Source: Somniosus microcephalus
Taxonomy: Eukaryota
Assembly: GCA_052327205.1 (NCBI GenBank)
Contig: CM126230.1
Span: 43,896,001-43,960,000 of the forward strand
Length of the DNA stretch: 64,000 nucleotides
Reading direction: 5' to 3'
A program made the position numbers and the translations under genes. Positions 23,584 through 37,274 of this stretch are shown piece after piece (position 1 is the stretch's first letter; each line of letters begins with the position of its first letter). Below the pieces are notes generated by a model. It was given only the letters and a program-made list of their open reading frames with translations. It did not search any database and had not been told where the DNA came from.

Positions 23584-24113
23584 TTTTGGAAGTTAAGACA
23601 AGAGATCTCTTGGAGCATGTTAATATTTGTGGGATTCCCCAACACAGTAAAGTTTTAAAACCGTTGCTCTAACTTAACTAAGCCTAACTTTACTTGATCT
23701 GTAACTAATCATGAGCAGGCTGCTAAACATATTTTGAGTCGAAATGAAACCCTTTAGAACATTACATCCTTCCATCGCGTAAGAGGTACGTAGACTTGAA
23801 TGTACAGTTCAAATTCTGCCTCCACATACACGCTGTAGTCTTGCAACACAGTGTCTACAGAAAGAATGCATTACTTTACTCTGCAAACCTGCCGGGCCAA
23901 TCTGGTTTGGTGCCATTTTCAGCTTGCCAATCGAGGAATTTTTCCAGAGGGGAACATACCACTGCCGTAAATTTTACACTTTAATCTCAACAGTATTATA
24001 AACTCACTACAATATTTATCTTCAAACTAATGTCTGAGATTAAACTTTACTGTGTTGGGGAATCCCACAAATATTAACATGCTCCAAGAGATCTCTTGTC
24101 TTAACTTCCAAAA
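23584..24113. repeat. Perfect 72-bp inverted repeat (23584-23655 and 24042-24113), 386-bp spacer
   Basis: Base-by-base reverse-complement match. Confidence 0.95.
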
Positions 24114-24959
24114 TTAAGATTTAATTCCATGTTTAAAATCTATCATGTGATTTCAAACATGGACTCCTTCCATAAGGAAAGACCCCTTTTAATTTAAAGA
24201 ACCCTTTATAAAAATTCTGAAGAATATGACCCACCAAAGAAAGGTATGCACTTTCCTCAATCCCGGTTGGTCCTGAAGTAACCAGCACCAATGTTTCCTA
24301 CCGAACCTTAATAGCAGCCTACACAGAAGGAAGTTGAAACTAAGAAAGATTTGACAAATTGGCACATGCACCAGATGCAAATGGAAAGTCTACTGACATC
24401 AGAACTCTCTGCTGCTGCTTCGATACCCAACCAGGTGCTGAGTAGTACCGCATTCTTCAAAAGAAACAGAAAATGCCAGCATGCTGCAAAGAAGCCGCCC
24501 AAGCCCGCTGGTACCATTGAAGGACGTGCTCCTGGCCTTCCTCCTCTTCAGAGACAATGGGATTGAGCACCTGGCAAATCAGGGCAAAAACCAAAAGCTC
24601 CACATGCACCAACCTGAGGCATGGCTTGGAGCTGCAACAGACACTTTATACGGCCAGGGCACAAGCCAGCTTTATTGAGCAGTGGAAATCTAGCTTAGAA
24701 ATTGTTGTACTCGAGCATTCCACTGAAGGAGATGGTCATTTTAAGCCCTCTTACCAAGACTGCATTAATCTTTCCAAGCACATAAACCTGTATTGATTAT
24801 CGATCACTGGTAAAGATTTATGACATTAAATTCTTAAATCTAGGTGCTGGTACCAACCGGAAAACTCAACTGAAATCAAACCGATGCTGGTCCAGGGTGT
24901 CAAAGATTGCAACGGGTACTAAGCAAAGCAGAGGGGGGAAAAGTTTTTCAATAGTTATT

Positions 24960-25620
24960 TTATCAAAGACAGACCAAGATGTCATCATCATACATGTGGA
25001 AATTGAGCCCATGTTTATGGATGATGTCACCAAGGGGAAGCAAGAAGGTGAGGAAGAGGAGGTTGTTAAGGATAGATCCTTCAGGAACTCCAGGGGGAAT
25101 GGTTGGGAGGTAGGAAGAGAAGCTATTGTTGCAAGATGCTCCAGGTATGATCAACTGTTAAAAGTGGAACTAAGTGAAGGCTGACCTACCAAATTGGACA
25201 GTGGAGGAGAGGCATTGGAGGAGGATGGTGTGGTTAACTGTTTCAGTGGCTGCAAAGAAGTCAAGGATGAAAAGGGACAATTCACCGTGGTCAGAGTCAC
25301 AGAGGATGGCATTTGTGACTTGGTTTAGGGCCGTTTTGGTGCTGTGGCAAAGGCAGAAACCTGATTGGAGAGATTCAAACAGAGGCTGGCACAAAAGCTG
25401 CCCATGGATTTGGGAAGTGACAACATGTTCAAGGACTGGAGAGAAAAGGGAGGTCGGAAATGAGGCAGTAATTTGCAAGGACAAAGGGCTGGGTTTTTTG
25501 AAGGGGGTGATGGCAGCAGTTTTGAAAGGGAGGGGGGTTACACTACCCGAGGAGAGGGAACCATTTACGTTGTCAACTAACGTGGGGGCCAGGAAGGGGA
25601 GCTTGGTGGTCAAACTGTAC
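24960..25620 (-). mobile_element. L2-type LINE RT fragment
   Basis: ORFs show ESLQSGF...HSTKTAL, GVPEGSIL, FHMYDDD (degenerate YADD). Confidence 0.85.
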
Positions 25621-26098
25621 ATGGAGATTGATGAATCAAGAAGAAGAACATAAGAAATAGGAGCAGGAGTAGGCCAATCGGCCCCTCGAGCCTGCTCCGC
25701 CATTCAATAAGATCATGGCTGATCTGATCCTAACCGCCAATCTTCTTTAGTTTAGTCTATTTTCATTTAAACAATCCGCAAATGACTTGGAATTAATGAG
25801 CCAGACAGCATGAGGGTGCAAAGTTCTAAGTAGATATGATCATTAACCCAAGATGTCTTAGTGGTGACACTTTAATCGAGCACGGTGATTGATCGTCCCT
25901 GCACAGTCAAGCTGACGTACTCCTCCCAGCAAACTCCCCTGGTTCCATCTAAATCTCACCGCTTGAACAAAACATTCAACAACTGAGCAATTTGTCCTTA
26001 ATTACTGAACATCATAAATAATACATTCGCATTTCGGTACACTTTCCAAAAAATTGGAAATGCTATTACTTGCTTATCGCGCGTGCCGATCCTCTCAC

Positions 26099-27624
26099 CT
26101 GGTTTCGCGCTACTTTGTCTGGTGGCGTTCTCAGCCAGCCGTCTCCCTGGTGAATATCTGCTACTCTCAGAAGCCTGCAGACTTGCTTGATACAGGGACT
26201 CCAGCTCTGAAAACTCCAGCTCTATATCCTGATCTTTACTATTAATCGGCTGCACCTGTTGGTTTCCATGATTGTGGGTATTATTTTCTTGACTGGACAG
26301 ATTACCATGCAGGTGTTGCTGTTCAACATTTTTGTAATCTGGTGGAGACGTGCAATGTTTTCTAACACCGTCAATCCATCGGTCTACAGGCACAGAAGCA
26401 GTACTAACAGAAAGCTCATTTTGCTGCCTCACTGGTTCAGGGGTTTTGCTGGAACAGGTTTCTCTGAAAAATGATTGGACAGCATTTTGGTATCTTTGTC
26501 CATATGTCTCATCTGTTTGAGGGGCAGGTGAAAACTCTGACCCTCTGGAGTGACTGTTTACGTCTCTTGTAACAGCATCAGTCTTTGCTCTGTAAGTGGG
26601 AGCAGATGGAGAAACAGGCACCTCAGCTTTACAATCCAAAGGTCTGTGTGAAACCTGGGGAGAATATAAGCTATCAGAAGACCGCTTTGCGCTGCCCAAC
26701 TGATCCTTGTCTTGGAGAACCCCCATCTTTTGATGCGACGTCAGAGGTAGCTGGGATACTTCCTGATCAAATTTCTTTGGTAGAAAATTCGAACATGCAC
26801 TTTTATAATTACCTTCATGATTTCCCTGGCCCAACTTGACATTTAGTCTTTGAAACTGTGCGGTCGTTGACTTTACATTAACCCCATCAACTGTGGTCTT
26901 GGACTTGGGTGAATGGGCACTGTCAATCTCTGCCGAGTTCAATTCCAAATTCAAATCACTTTTGTGTGATTGATAAGTAGCAGATTGTACAGGGGACCAG
27001 TTCAAGCTTGTGGAAGACAAAGTTGTACATGGAGAGATTTTGGTATCAGTTGTGTTGAACTGCCTTGAATTGCAATATAAAGAAGAATGGGAATTGCTGT
27101 TTGAATAGACATCTGTTTCATCCTTTTGTGTTAACACTTGCACGTGGGGAGATGGTGATGGAAACGTGTGGCTCATGTTTCCGTACTCAGCCGTAAGCAA
27201 CGGCAAGGAGCCATATTTGCTCATTTTCTGTTTATGGTTGAGTGCTGAACAGTCCGACTCATCCTTCTCTTCCACTGGCTCATCAATATTCTTCACCTGA
27301 CGTTTGGGCATTGTGCCAGTTACACATTTCTCCTCCACCTTCTCCCCAGGGAAAAAAGCTGGACCCCAATTGCAGTTGTGGGGAGATGGAAGCTCGGTGG
27401 TATATCTGGCAGATTGGCTTCTGAACTGAAACAAAACCAATGAAGCGGAAGCTTGGCCATGCGGCTCCGAGTGAGGATTGTGGAACCTGGGTGCATGTTG
27501 GGCGTGTAGTTGGTGATGGGAGGATGAGTGGACCAGGGAAGATTTGGGCCTGTGATCTGGCTCGCTGATGGGTTCCATTACTCTCTCTGACGCTAACAGT
27601 ACTTTGACCTGGCTAGCCTGCACA
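26099..27624 (-). CDS. USP54: USP54 large exon (Ser/Pro-rich, probably disordered; ends ...SELESLYQASLQAS...SAKP)
   Basis: cag|T ... G|gtgaga, 1526 nt, phase 2-1; ORF 25998..27716. Confidence 0.92.
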
Positions 27625-28325
27625 CTGAAATAAAAAATGTGTGTGTTATTTCTGAAGATTAACAGTGGAAACAATTCAATGCCAGAAAACACATATTGCA
27701 TGCTCCTCTCTACCAATAGATACGAGGTTTTAATTAAACGCTACATTTAAAACCGTACATCAGCATTTTGTTATTTATTTCAGAAAGTATAATTTTGTAT
27801 TCCACTTACTGTCCCACCTAAGGAACTGCTGAGAGGCACGGTGGAAAAGCTGGGAATCAACTCATTGTTAGAATTCATGAAAAAAATAAGATTTTGTACA
27901 TCCGCTCTACAGTAGAATCTGCATATTTCTAAATATCTCATGGAAATGTAATGTTCAAGGGGCTAGAAATTAAAATGAATCTCAAAAGGAGTTACCAACA
28001 GCACACAGACCTTCACCCAAGTTAATCAAATTTATGGAAGCATGACTAATACTTGCTCCATTACAATTCTGATCATAAAGAACAGTCTCATTTAATTCAG
28101 TGCAAGTGACATACTATCTCATAGCAGTTCTGTATATTTCTTTTTAAAAAAGGCACCATGAGAAAGTTTTCAAAATAATTTTAAATGGTTACTGAACATT
28201 TTGTCCAACAACGACAAGCTCATTTTCTATAAAACAAAAGGTCTTATTTTCAAAGCATTATTTGCTGTATCAATGCTCAAATGGCTTCTATCTGACGTTT
28301 GTCCCTCTTAATCCTCAGATACTAC

Positions 28326-28491
28326 CTTTTGCATTCAGTCACGGGGTCCCCTGGTGGAGGGGAGTGGATGGATTGTTGCATGCGCTCCTGCAGACTTCGA
28401 ACCTTCTTCATGCAAATATGCAGCTTCTTATCAGCAAGGGCTCTGCTGTGTGTGATGGCACTGCCTTCATGCATAGCAAGTCTTAGTTTAG
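28326..28491 (-). CDS. USP54: USP54 exon (MIT-like domain, part 2): [39 protein letters not shown]...
   Basis: tag|CT ... AG|gtagta, 166 nt, phase 1-2. Confidence 0.9.
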
Positions 28492-29359
28492 CTAAAATGC
28501 AAAACAGCAGAAAAAAAAATGCACACGCAGACCCAAACAACATGCAGTTGTAAAACAGAAGTATGAGAAACTCACAAAATGCTCTGATGAAATGTTAGCA
28601 GTGATTTGTAACAGCAATGTTATACAGCTTCAATCACAAAAAGGTGTTCTGCACACAGCGGCTTATCAAATGCTCACGGAATCACATATCCTACTGAGAA
28701 TATGCATAACCACATAGCTAAGCAAATGTCAAAATAAAGTGAATGAGTGGCACAATCATTACTCTGCCCCTCAATGACATTAAAGGTGCTCAAACATGGA
28801 AATGCTCAAAGGCGTGAAAGAAATACTGAGCGAAAAGCAATTCATGTTTATCTAGTTTGCCGCACTGAGAATCTGTATTCTCAAGCAAAATCTAAGTACA
28901 AGTTTTAAATTTACTGCAAGTGTAATTTAAGAAAACTGCAGTTTTTGTACATATTTGGCTAAAAGCAAATGAGAAATTAAAAAAGCACAATTTTATAAAG
29001 GATTCTCTTGAAAAGAGCATTTTAGAATAGACATAATAATAGTTTTGAACTGATTAAAAATGACAAGAGCCCTTGGTTCAAATATTATTTCAAATTTGAA
29101 AATCCAGATATTCATCAATTACATTTTCCCAAAAAAAACTCCCAATAAAACATTCTGATGAAATGATTTCAAGACAATTTTTGATGCTTGAAGAATTTCC
29201 AAATGGGAACACGACATGCATACAAAGAGAAATGGGTAACTGGCAGGTTTTTGCTTCAGTTTCTAGCCAAATGAAGAACCGGTTTTAGTGGGAAAGATAT
29301 CATAACAGGTTAGCAGAGCATTTAGGCTGCGAGCAGCAGAGGCGGTTAGGCTTACTTAC

Positions 29360-29479
29360 ACACAGCTTCATGGCAGAGATTGAGCGCTGCAGCCAAGTCA
29401 TCCTTCTGTTCAAGACGGAAAGACTGTTCTAATAGAGAGTCTACCTCCTGCAATGATCTCTCAAACTTGTCAGTCTTCC
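29360..29479 (-). CDS. USP54: USP54 exon (MIT-like domain, part 1): KTDKFERSLQEVDSLLEQSFRLEQKDDLAAALNLCHEAV
   Basis: Read manually; cag|GG ... T|gtaagt, 120 nt, phase 1-1. Confidence 0.93.
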
Positions 29480-30849
29480 CTGCAGAAGCAACATCAAGTT
29501 GTTTCACATGCACTTGATTAAAGAACAAGGTAATATGCTCAGTAGCAGCAAAAATTCATTACACAAGAACAACTGCTTTCAAATCTAACACTTTGTATCA
29601 TACTTTGGTAAAAGTTTTCTATACTTTGGTAACATTTTCTATATAAAAGCTTTTAGTGTCAAACATTTATTAAAAAAAAAAAAATCTCAAAGAAGTCATA
29701 TTTTCAGGCTGCTGTTTTCACCTGGAGCCAGAAATTGACAAACCTCTTCCAGTCTGCAAATCTCCCTCACCGAAAAGCAATTAAACTCAACCTCATGCCG
29801 TCTCCAGTTAAATGAATTGTATATTGTGGCTTTAAAGTGACAGGCAACCTTAAACACAGCTCCGGATTAGCAGCGTGTTACGTGATTCAACGCTCCAGTC
29901 ATTATAAAATACTTACTGCGAGCAATGCCACGAAATCTGCTAGACACCAGAAGTGCTGGGCTCCCCCGTGTAATGCAGAAACATAGTTGTAATTAGAGTG
30001 CAAACAAGGGGACCAACTCCAACCATTTACTTCACGAGAACTAGCCACCTTAACCACACAGTAGATTCCCAAGCACCAATGATTTTTGTGGGTCTGCAAA
30101 ATGGTTGGCGCCAGGTGGATGGGTCATTTACACGAAGGAATGCAGTAGCTGCAATCCTGTAATATCAATACACCTTTAGACGATTCAGTAAGCTGTGACA
30201 TTAAAAAAGTTTTACCAAAAAAGCGAATGAAACGATCAGCATTACCAAAGAGAAAGCAATCCAACGGCAATGAGGAGGAAGTCAGATATATTATAAGGGG
30301 GTCAAATAAAGAAATAACAAAGGAAGATTGTGGAAACACGGCAAAATATGGGGGTGAAAAAATTAACAGATTTAATTGAACGGTCAGCTCAGTCACATGC
30401 TATTCCCTCTTGCTGTGTATTCATAAAAGCATGAATAATCACAATAAAAAACCCACAGACTGTAAGAAGGTTAGATGGGCCTTCATGCTAACCTTAATGT
30501 AGCTGTATGATAACATAACCATGAAAATGGAGGAAATTATACAAATCCCAAAACAAATTTCAAATGCTTGTACCCTTCTAAAGCACCAAAAAATATTACA
30601 CTGGCACGTGAAGCAGTTCTGTTTTACTGATGCTCCTTCACATAGATGGTGGTATTGTTTTATCAAAAGTACATTTAATTTAGAACTACAAACTTTTAAG
30701 GGGAACATACAAATGAGGTGGTGAAATATAATTCCCCTGTAAGTTTCCTAGCAGTGATATCGGGGGTTCACATTTCCCAAGCTGGTCATTGCTGTTTCAC
30801 ACTAGGTCATGAGGTTATTCGTGTGCCTTCATATTTGAGAAAACTTGCC

Positions 30850-31320
30850 GGTTTTTCCAAGTTACGTCTGCAGACACTGGAGTACTGCTCCCTTATGTGG
30901 GAAGACTCGCACCTCTCCGAGCTTACTGGACAGGATCCAATAAAAGCCCTCCCCTATTTTGTAGATCCTGTTATAATCAAGTGCTCCTCTGAACTTTTCT
31001 CCTGCTTAAGCTCAAAATATGCAATTCTAGATAATCCTGCTTACATCCTCGCCAAAATCAAGTCGTCAACGCCATCTCTTAGTCGAACTCTTAATTTCCC
31101 AGAGCCTAAAAACTATCGAGCCATTTACCACCCCTCGGTATTCCCCGCCTCTCATTATCTTCAGGCTTCTAAGATTTGGTTTCGTCCAAATCACAACTTC
31201 TCGATTTGCCTGGTCTTCCCCTTTAGTCAAGCACTTCACCGTTGTATATCTCAACTTCTTTCTCCCTCTCTATATTGCGTGGTCAGACTTGAGCTTGCAG
31301 AGCAAGTTCCTTTCCCCAAC
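30850..31320 (+). mobile_element. Ancient CR1-clade (Zenon-like) RT C-terminus relic
   Basis: TLEYCSLMW, KCSSELFS, SRTL...PSVFPASH.LQA.K in ORF 30718..31332 resemble the thumb/C-terminal motifs of these LINEs. Confidence 0.55.
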
Positions 31321-32601
31321 TGCTTTAACTAGAGCTGCTGCAAAGTGGAAGCGGGCCATGCCTCAGGAGGGTGGGTAAAATAAAAGAAATATGACAAGTC
31401 ACCCCGAGCACCCCTCCCAGCAACTGAATGCACAGCACCAGAGACACTGCAGCAGACTGTCTTGTCTGCTTGTCATCTCACTCAAGATGTTATACCAAAT
31501 ACAAGAGGAAAGCAATGTTGGAAATTGTTATGCTAGACACCAGCACTGATGAAACAAATTTCTAGCATCTCCAATTCATCGACTCTTACAGCAGAGGAGG
31601 CCATTCGGCCCGTCGTGCCTGTGCTGACTCTTTGAAAGAGCCGTCGTGTTTAGCCCCACATCCCAGCTTTCGGTCTGTAACTTGGAGTTCCCCGTCCTCA
31701 AGTCAATGTCCAACTCCCTCTTCAAATTATTGATGGAATCAGCTTTCTCCACCTTTTCAGGCAAGGTGTTCCAGATCCCCACAACTCAGGGAAGAAAATC
31801 CTCATCTCTAGATTGTTTGCCAATGATTTTAAATCTATGACCTCTGGTTATTGACCCACTTCCTAGAGGGAGTAGCCTTTCCTCGATCTACTCGATCAAA
31901 AACAATTGGAAATATTTAATTGAGGGACAGGTAGTAATGAGAAAATATCGATCATACTCTGGAATTGAATTCTGGCTGCTAACTGAACCCTTATTAAAAT
32001 GTAGTCTTCTGAAGTAAAGTATCCTCCAGCCAACAAATGCTGCCATATTTCAGTTTGTTCCTTTCTTGCAAAATGAACTATTCCAGTAGATTATGAGATT
32101 AAATTTACAAGATTAGGGAAAATATCCTTTGAGAGCAGGGGGAATATAATCTTGACAAAATAGAAGATTCCCCGACAAACTGTTGCGATGTCTACTTGTG
32201 ATGAAACCCAGTTTCCTTAACTTCAGCAACACTTAACAGAATTATAAAATAAAAACGTACTCTCCTATTAATTGTGCAAGTGTACTACATAGTGTGGTAC
32301 GGAGCCTTTTAGGTCCCAGGCTTGTTTCTTAACTTAACTGAACTCAATTCAGGTAATGGGGACACTAATATCAGAGGCAAGGGAGGAGATAGATCGATCA
32401 GCTCGTTTTCCATTTGTGATCAGTACCCAGTGATTGTGGCTGGAAAGCGCATGCATGAGGCTGCTGCTGCAGGACCAGAGTGAGCTCAACGACAATAGAC
32501 CCCCAGCAGAGAACTACGTGCCTTTAATTCGTTTCCCTTAATGTGAACCTGAAACAAATGTTGTATTATCGGCCGGGGCCAGACAGCAGCCAAACACTCA
32601 C

Positions 32602-32775
32602 CCTGATTCTGTAGCTCATCCAGGTCCATGAATTTGCTCGGTCGGGGGTTGAACACCATAGCTGCTTCCTTTTCCCGCAGTTTCTTTCGCCTCAGTTCCT
32701 CTTCTTTAGTTCTCCTTTTAATCTCCTCTTCCAGCTCATCCAACTCACTTCGCATGGGATGACTGTAGTTTTCAT
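32602..32775 (-). CDS. USP54: USP54 exon (coiled coil): [21 protein letters not shown]...[17 protein letters not shown](G)
   Basis: tag|AT ... G|gtgagt, 174 nt, phase 1-1. Confidence 0.94.
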
Positions 32776-35700
32776 CTATATGAAGCAGATTTAACAATTT
32801 AACAACTATACAAATTTGTTTTTGTCTAAAATTTTTGGTTCAAATATAGTACTTTTTAGTAAGTATGAAAACAGGTATGGCGATGTACACTTTTTTAAAA
32901 AAGCAAACTAAAAAACAAAGTTTTGTTGAAAGACCACAGATTTTCAATAAATAAGGAACCAGTCATTTATTCCCAGAAGTGATTACACCGACTAGGGAGT
33001 CCAGAGGTTCAGATGTCAAACTGCACTTGCAGCTTAAGCTCCTTAGTTATTTGAACTAAAACGGCATTACAGGTTTGAACTTACACTACTGCATATTTTT
33101 TGGTATCACAATGAGGTACGAGTGTGTGCTGGACAATAGAGTCCTTGCTGTGCTTTGCCAAATTGCACCAATATGAAATGAAGAATGCCAGTTTAGTCCA
33201 GTGGGTCCCTGCCTTGAGAATGATAATGAGATGACCTAACTTGTTCACTTACATCCCTTACAACGAAGGAAGGCAGAATTTCACCCCATCGATTTGGGCT
33301 GATTACAAACTCATATCCCATGGTGAAAGGACTGTGTGAAGATGCACTGCATCTCCCAAGTCCCCATCACACCAAAATGCTATACTACACTTTGCCACCA
33401 TTAGGTTTTGGGTTTCCTTCACAGCAAGCAGCTATATGTGCTGGGGAACAATATTGTGCAGTTTAATAATGAATTAATTTCTTTCTGTACAGTAAAAGTC
33501 ACCAAATTTGTGTTGTATGCAAACATTCACACTGAATTCTTAATATGCAGAGTCTTGGTGCATTATTCCCTGAAATGTAAAAAAAGAATTCCGTTGCTCA
33601 TCTTGCCTACAAGAATCTCATAAGCAAGGAGTGTCTGCATGCAGCAGGGGCAATCAGACTGCCAGATACACCTTCCAAAAATATATTTAAGGCCCAACAT
33701 GCAAAAATGAACAAAGTTGACTGTGGGAACGCTTAAACATTACTAAGTCTACAACTGTGCCACTATTGAACAATCATTCAATACCAAAGTAGCAGAAAAG
33801 CAACACATACCCACAGCTTGCCCACCAGCTTCCCTCTCTTACGGCCCTTTGTGTCATTATTCCTTTCAGATACAATAGAGTCAATGCGTTGGTGCAGTCT
33901 TTCTCAGGGCAGGTCAAGGGCCCCTAAATTAGCCATGGACAAAATTATTGGGTAGAACTCAATGTACATCTGTGCCACAATCCAATGCACGTGGGTCTCT
34001 GTTTTTGGATCACCTCTATGGCTTTCTCTATCCCCGAACCTGCACAGTATCCTCCTATTCCTCAATCTCTCATCACAGACAAAACTCATTTCAAGCACTT
34101 AGAAGTCTCCTCTCATTCTCAGCTTTTGAACACTTACTCCCAATTTAATGATCAGCACCGATGATCAAGGTTCAGCAGGCTCGCTCTTGGGTTTGTGCCG
34201 GGCGATTGCGAACGTTCCTAAAATCACAAACCTTTGCGCAGCTGTGGTCACTCGGCCAACGGAGCTCAACATTTTTGATACACGTCGCTTCGCCTTTGAG
34301 CGGATCTCCTCGATGCTCAAACCCATCAACCCAATTAAGCGAAGGAAGCATACACGTCAATGGAGAGAACCCTAAATACTGAAATCTTGAGGCTCCTCAC
34401 ATATTTTCAGACCTATTCCAGAGCTCTAGAAGCAACGGTTTTCAACTGTGCCTCTTGACTGTGCTAACAATCCAATACCAGCGCAGCACAGGTTATTAAG
34501 CTGCAGCTTTGATACCCCAGCTTGAATCGGCAGGTACCTTATGGTTGTGTCAATGATCACTTCGACTGTGATGCCGCCATGATGTAGAGGCAGCATTTTT
34601 GTTGAGCGCTCACGTGTACTTTGAACCATTTGTCATTTCACTGGACGCAAATTGGAGAATGCTTTTCAGCATCTGAACTTTTTCCAGAGAAGCACAATAT
34701 TTCATCAGTACTAAGAGGCCTTTTCATCTGATGCTATCAACAGCACATTCTTTAAAGTAATTCAACACATCAACTGATCAACAAACTTCCTGCACTCCAG
34801 AGCAATCTCAAGGTATCTCGCTTGTGCTCTCAGTTCCCCGATTGATGTTTTACCGCAAGGGTGCGGATTCTAATTTAGTCTAATTGTCCAGACTTGGGTA
34901 AGGTATAGGGGGAGCCTGGCACCTGCAGAACTGTACGGCAAGGGTCAATTAGTTCAGCACAGTTGGGGGGGGGGGGGGGGGTGTGAATAAAACAAAGGCA
35001 ATTCTTATTTTATATTTAGAGACAATATATTGTTTTTTGAATTTCTTTTTTTAAATGGGTTACAAAGTTCAGCTAAATATAATCAGGCTAGTGGGGGAAA
35101 AACATGGATTTTGGTACAAATTAATTTCTGAATGTTGCAGCTAGGCAGTTTCTTAATTTGCAAACAAAAAGCAGGATGAGGATCTAGATGAGTTAAGTTA
35201 CACCATCATGAACATCCTAGCAAAATTACAGAAGATTTTAGCTGTTTAAATTAACAGCTGAACAACCAAAGGAAAGATTCCCATTTCTTCAAAATCTGTT
35301 ATTCGGTCGGTCGGCAGTAGCAGATCACTGATTAATACGGCCCATCTACAGGCATGGTGTTGGGTTCCAGTGACAAGTGCTGGGGGGAGGGGAGGAACGG
35401 ACTCCTTTCCTCATCAATTATACTGACCGTTTGTCAGGGGCAGCTGCTGTATTACTGTGCCAGGAGAACGATTCACCGCCAGACACTGTTGGCCAATATT
35501 TCTACCATTCAGGGACATGGAAGCTTCCCAAAGTATGAAACAGAACCGTAACATCCAGTGAGTTCATATCAGTGGATTCAGCAGTAGCACTATAGTTCTA
35601 TTTCTAGTCTGAATACAGTACATTTTCCACATAATTTAACACATTTTCAGTTAAGTCAGAATTTATTCGTCAGTCGACAAAATTAAAACAAATTACGTTG

Positions 35701-37188
35701 TTGAAGTTTTGTATAAAACTGAACATATGCGAACAATATAAGAGAGTTACAATGTAGAGCGCTTCTTGCTGAACACCCTCCTGAGCGGTCGGTCACTTCC
35801 AAGCCAACTTCAGCGCCAGGGGTTATTGGACATGGTCAATGACCATGGGTGGGTGGAGGGGGGAGGAGAGGTAGGAGCATTAATAGCCAGCATTCCAGAG
35901 CCAGAATGCTGCAGTATTGCCAACTTCACAGACCCTTCGGTTCAGTCATGGTTGAAACTTGCAAAAAAATCCCAGGGGAAAATTAGGAGATTTTTTATTT
36001 TTTTTTTTAAATGCAGGAAGTTATTCCGATCTGGAATGCGCTGCCCAAAAGAGCGGTGGAAGCAGATTCAATGGCAACTTTCTAAAGGGAATTGGATAAA
36101 TATTGAAAAAGGAGAAATCTGCAGGGCTATGGGGAAATCCTCAAAAACGGTCACGAATTTCTATCTGTAGCAGTGGCAGCAAACTCTCTGAATGACTGCT
36201 GGGAGTGACGGAACCAGAGAGAGGGTTTCTTGCTCTCAACCCTTGCGGCCCACTCTGACTGGAATATCTGAATCCTGGGGTAATGTTAAAGCCACCTCTT
36301 GCCCCCCCCCCCCCAAAAGAGTTTGCCTGCCCATGGACAGAGTGAGAAAGACGGGAGTAAGTTGGACAGGCTGTGGCTGTGGTTTTAGACACAGCTCCCC
36401 ACTGCGCTCTGACAACACCCAGGCTGGGTTTGATTTGATGAAAGACTGTCTTCCCAATCACAACAGTTCTAGGAGCTTAGTTTAGAGAATCGCTAGGAAC
36501 CAGAAAGTCAGCCATCACGTCTACATAGCAGGATGCGTTTGACTGCCGAGGGTATCTGACATCAGCCTGGGTATCTAATAGTTCGGACTTTTTTTTTTTG
36601 AAAGCAGCACAGCAGAGTCCGAACGTGTCAGCTTTACTTCAATAAATGAAAACAGTGAAAACCTGGGAGAAAATTATTAGGTTTTCACAATGAAAATGGT
36701 AGTGGGGGGAATGATGGGGAAGAAATAACAGTTAAAAAACCCCACAATTTTGCACACTATTCCCACTTAACCTTGAACTATGATTTGTGTGAATGTATTT
36801 ATTGGTTTATTTTATTTAGCTTAAATGAGTCAAGGTGATTGCTGCAGAGTACATCAGGCATTGGCCTGGATTTTCCTCCCATTGACAGATTTGCAAAAGG
36901 GCATTCCTAACAGCCACCAACGTGAAGCTGCTACGAGCCTGTTGTAATTTCCTCCTAGCCATGCAGGGCAGTTTGAAAGCGGGATTGGGAGAAGATCACC
37001 TTTCCAAAAGACAGCACCAGGTTATTGATTTCCTGGAAAGAACAGTGCCCCCGGGTACATCAAGATGATCTTAACCGGAGGTTATTTTTGGGGTCAGCCC
37101 AGATATCTGATGTGCAGGAACCCACCACCCATGCTCAAGAGTCTCCAACCCTCCTCCTGAATCACTGTTCAGAGAGCTACAACAGTTG

Positions 37189-37274
37189 GAGCCTGAATAT
37201 AAGAGTATCTTTCACATACCCAACCATGACATGCACCAGAGCCCGAATATACGAGTATCTTTCACATACCCAAC
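37189..37274 (+). repeat. 36-bp direct repeat x2 (period 50)
   Basis: GAGCC(T/C)GAATATA(A/C)GAGTATCTTTCACATACCCAAC at 37189 and 37239. Confidence 0.9.

Noticed and set aside
30718-31332. 204-aa plus-strand ORF as a nested antisense gene
   Set aside because: Begins at GTG and carries remnants of non-LTR RT C-terminal motifs; better explained as an old LINE.
34964-34981. Long G/C homopolymers (also ~17169, ~36302, ~54333, ~55859)
   Set aside because: Common simple repeats in such genomes, with lengths prone to sequencing error; no added structure.
37189-37274. 36-bp repeat / 14-bp spacer / repeat resembling a CRISPR unit
   Set aside because: Only two units, spacer too short, vertebrate intron, no cas genes; a local duplication, possibly within a decayed LINE.
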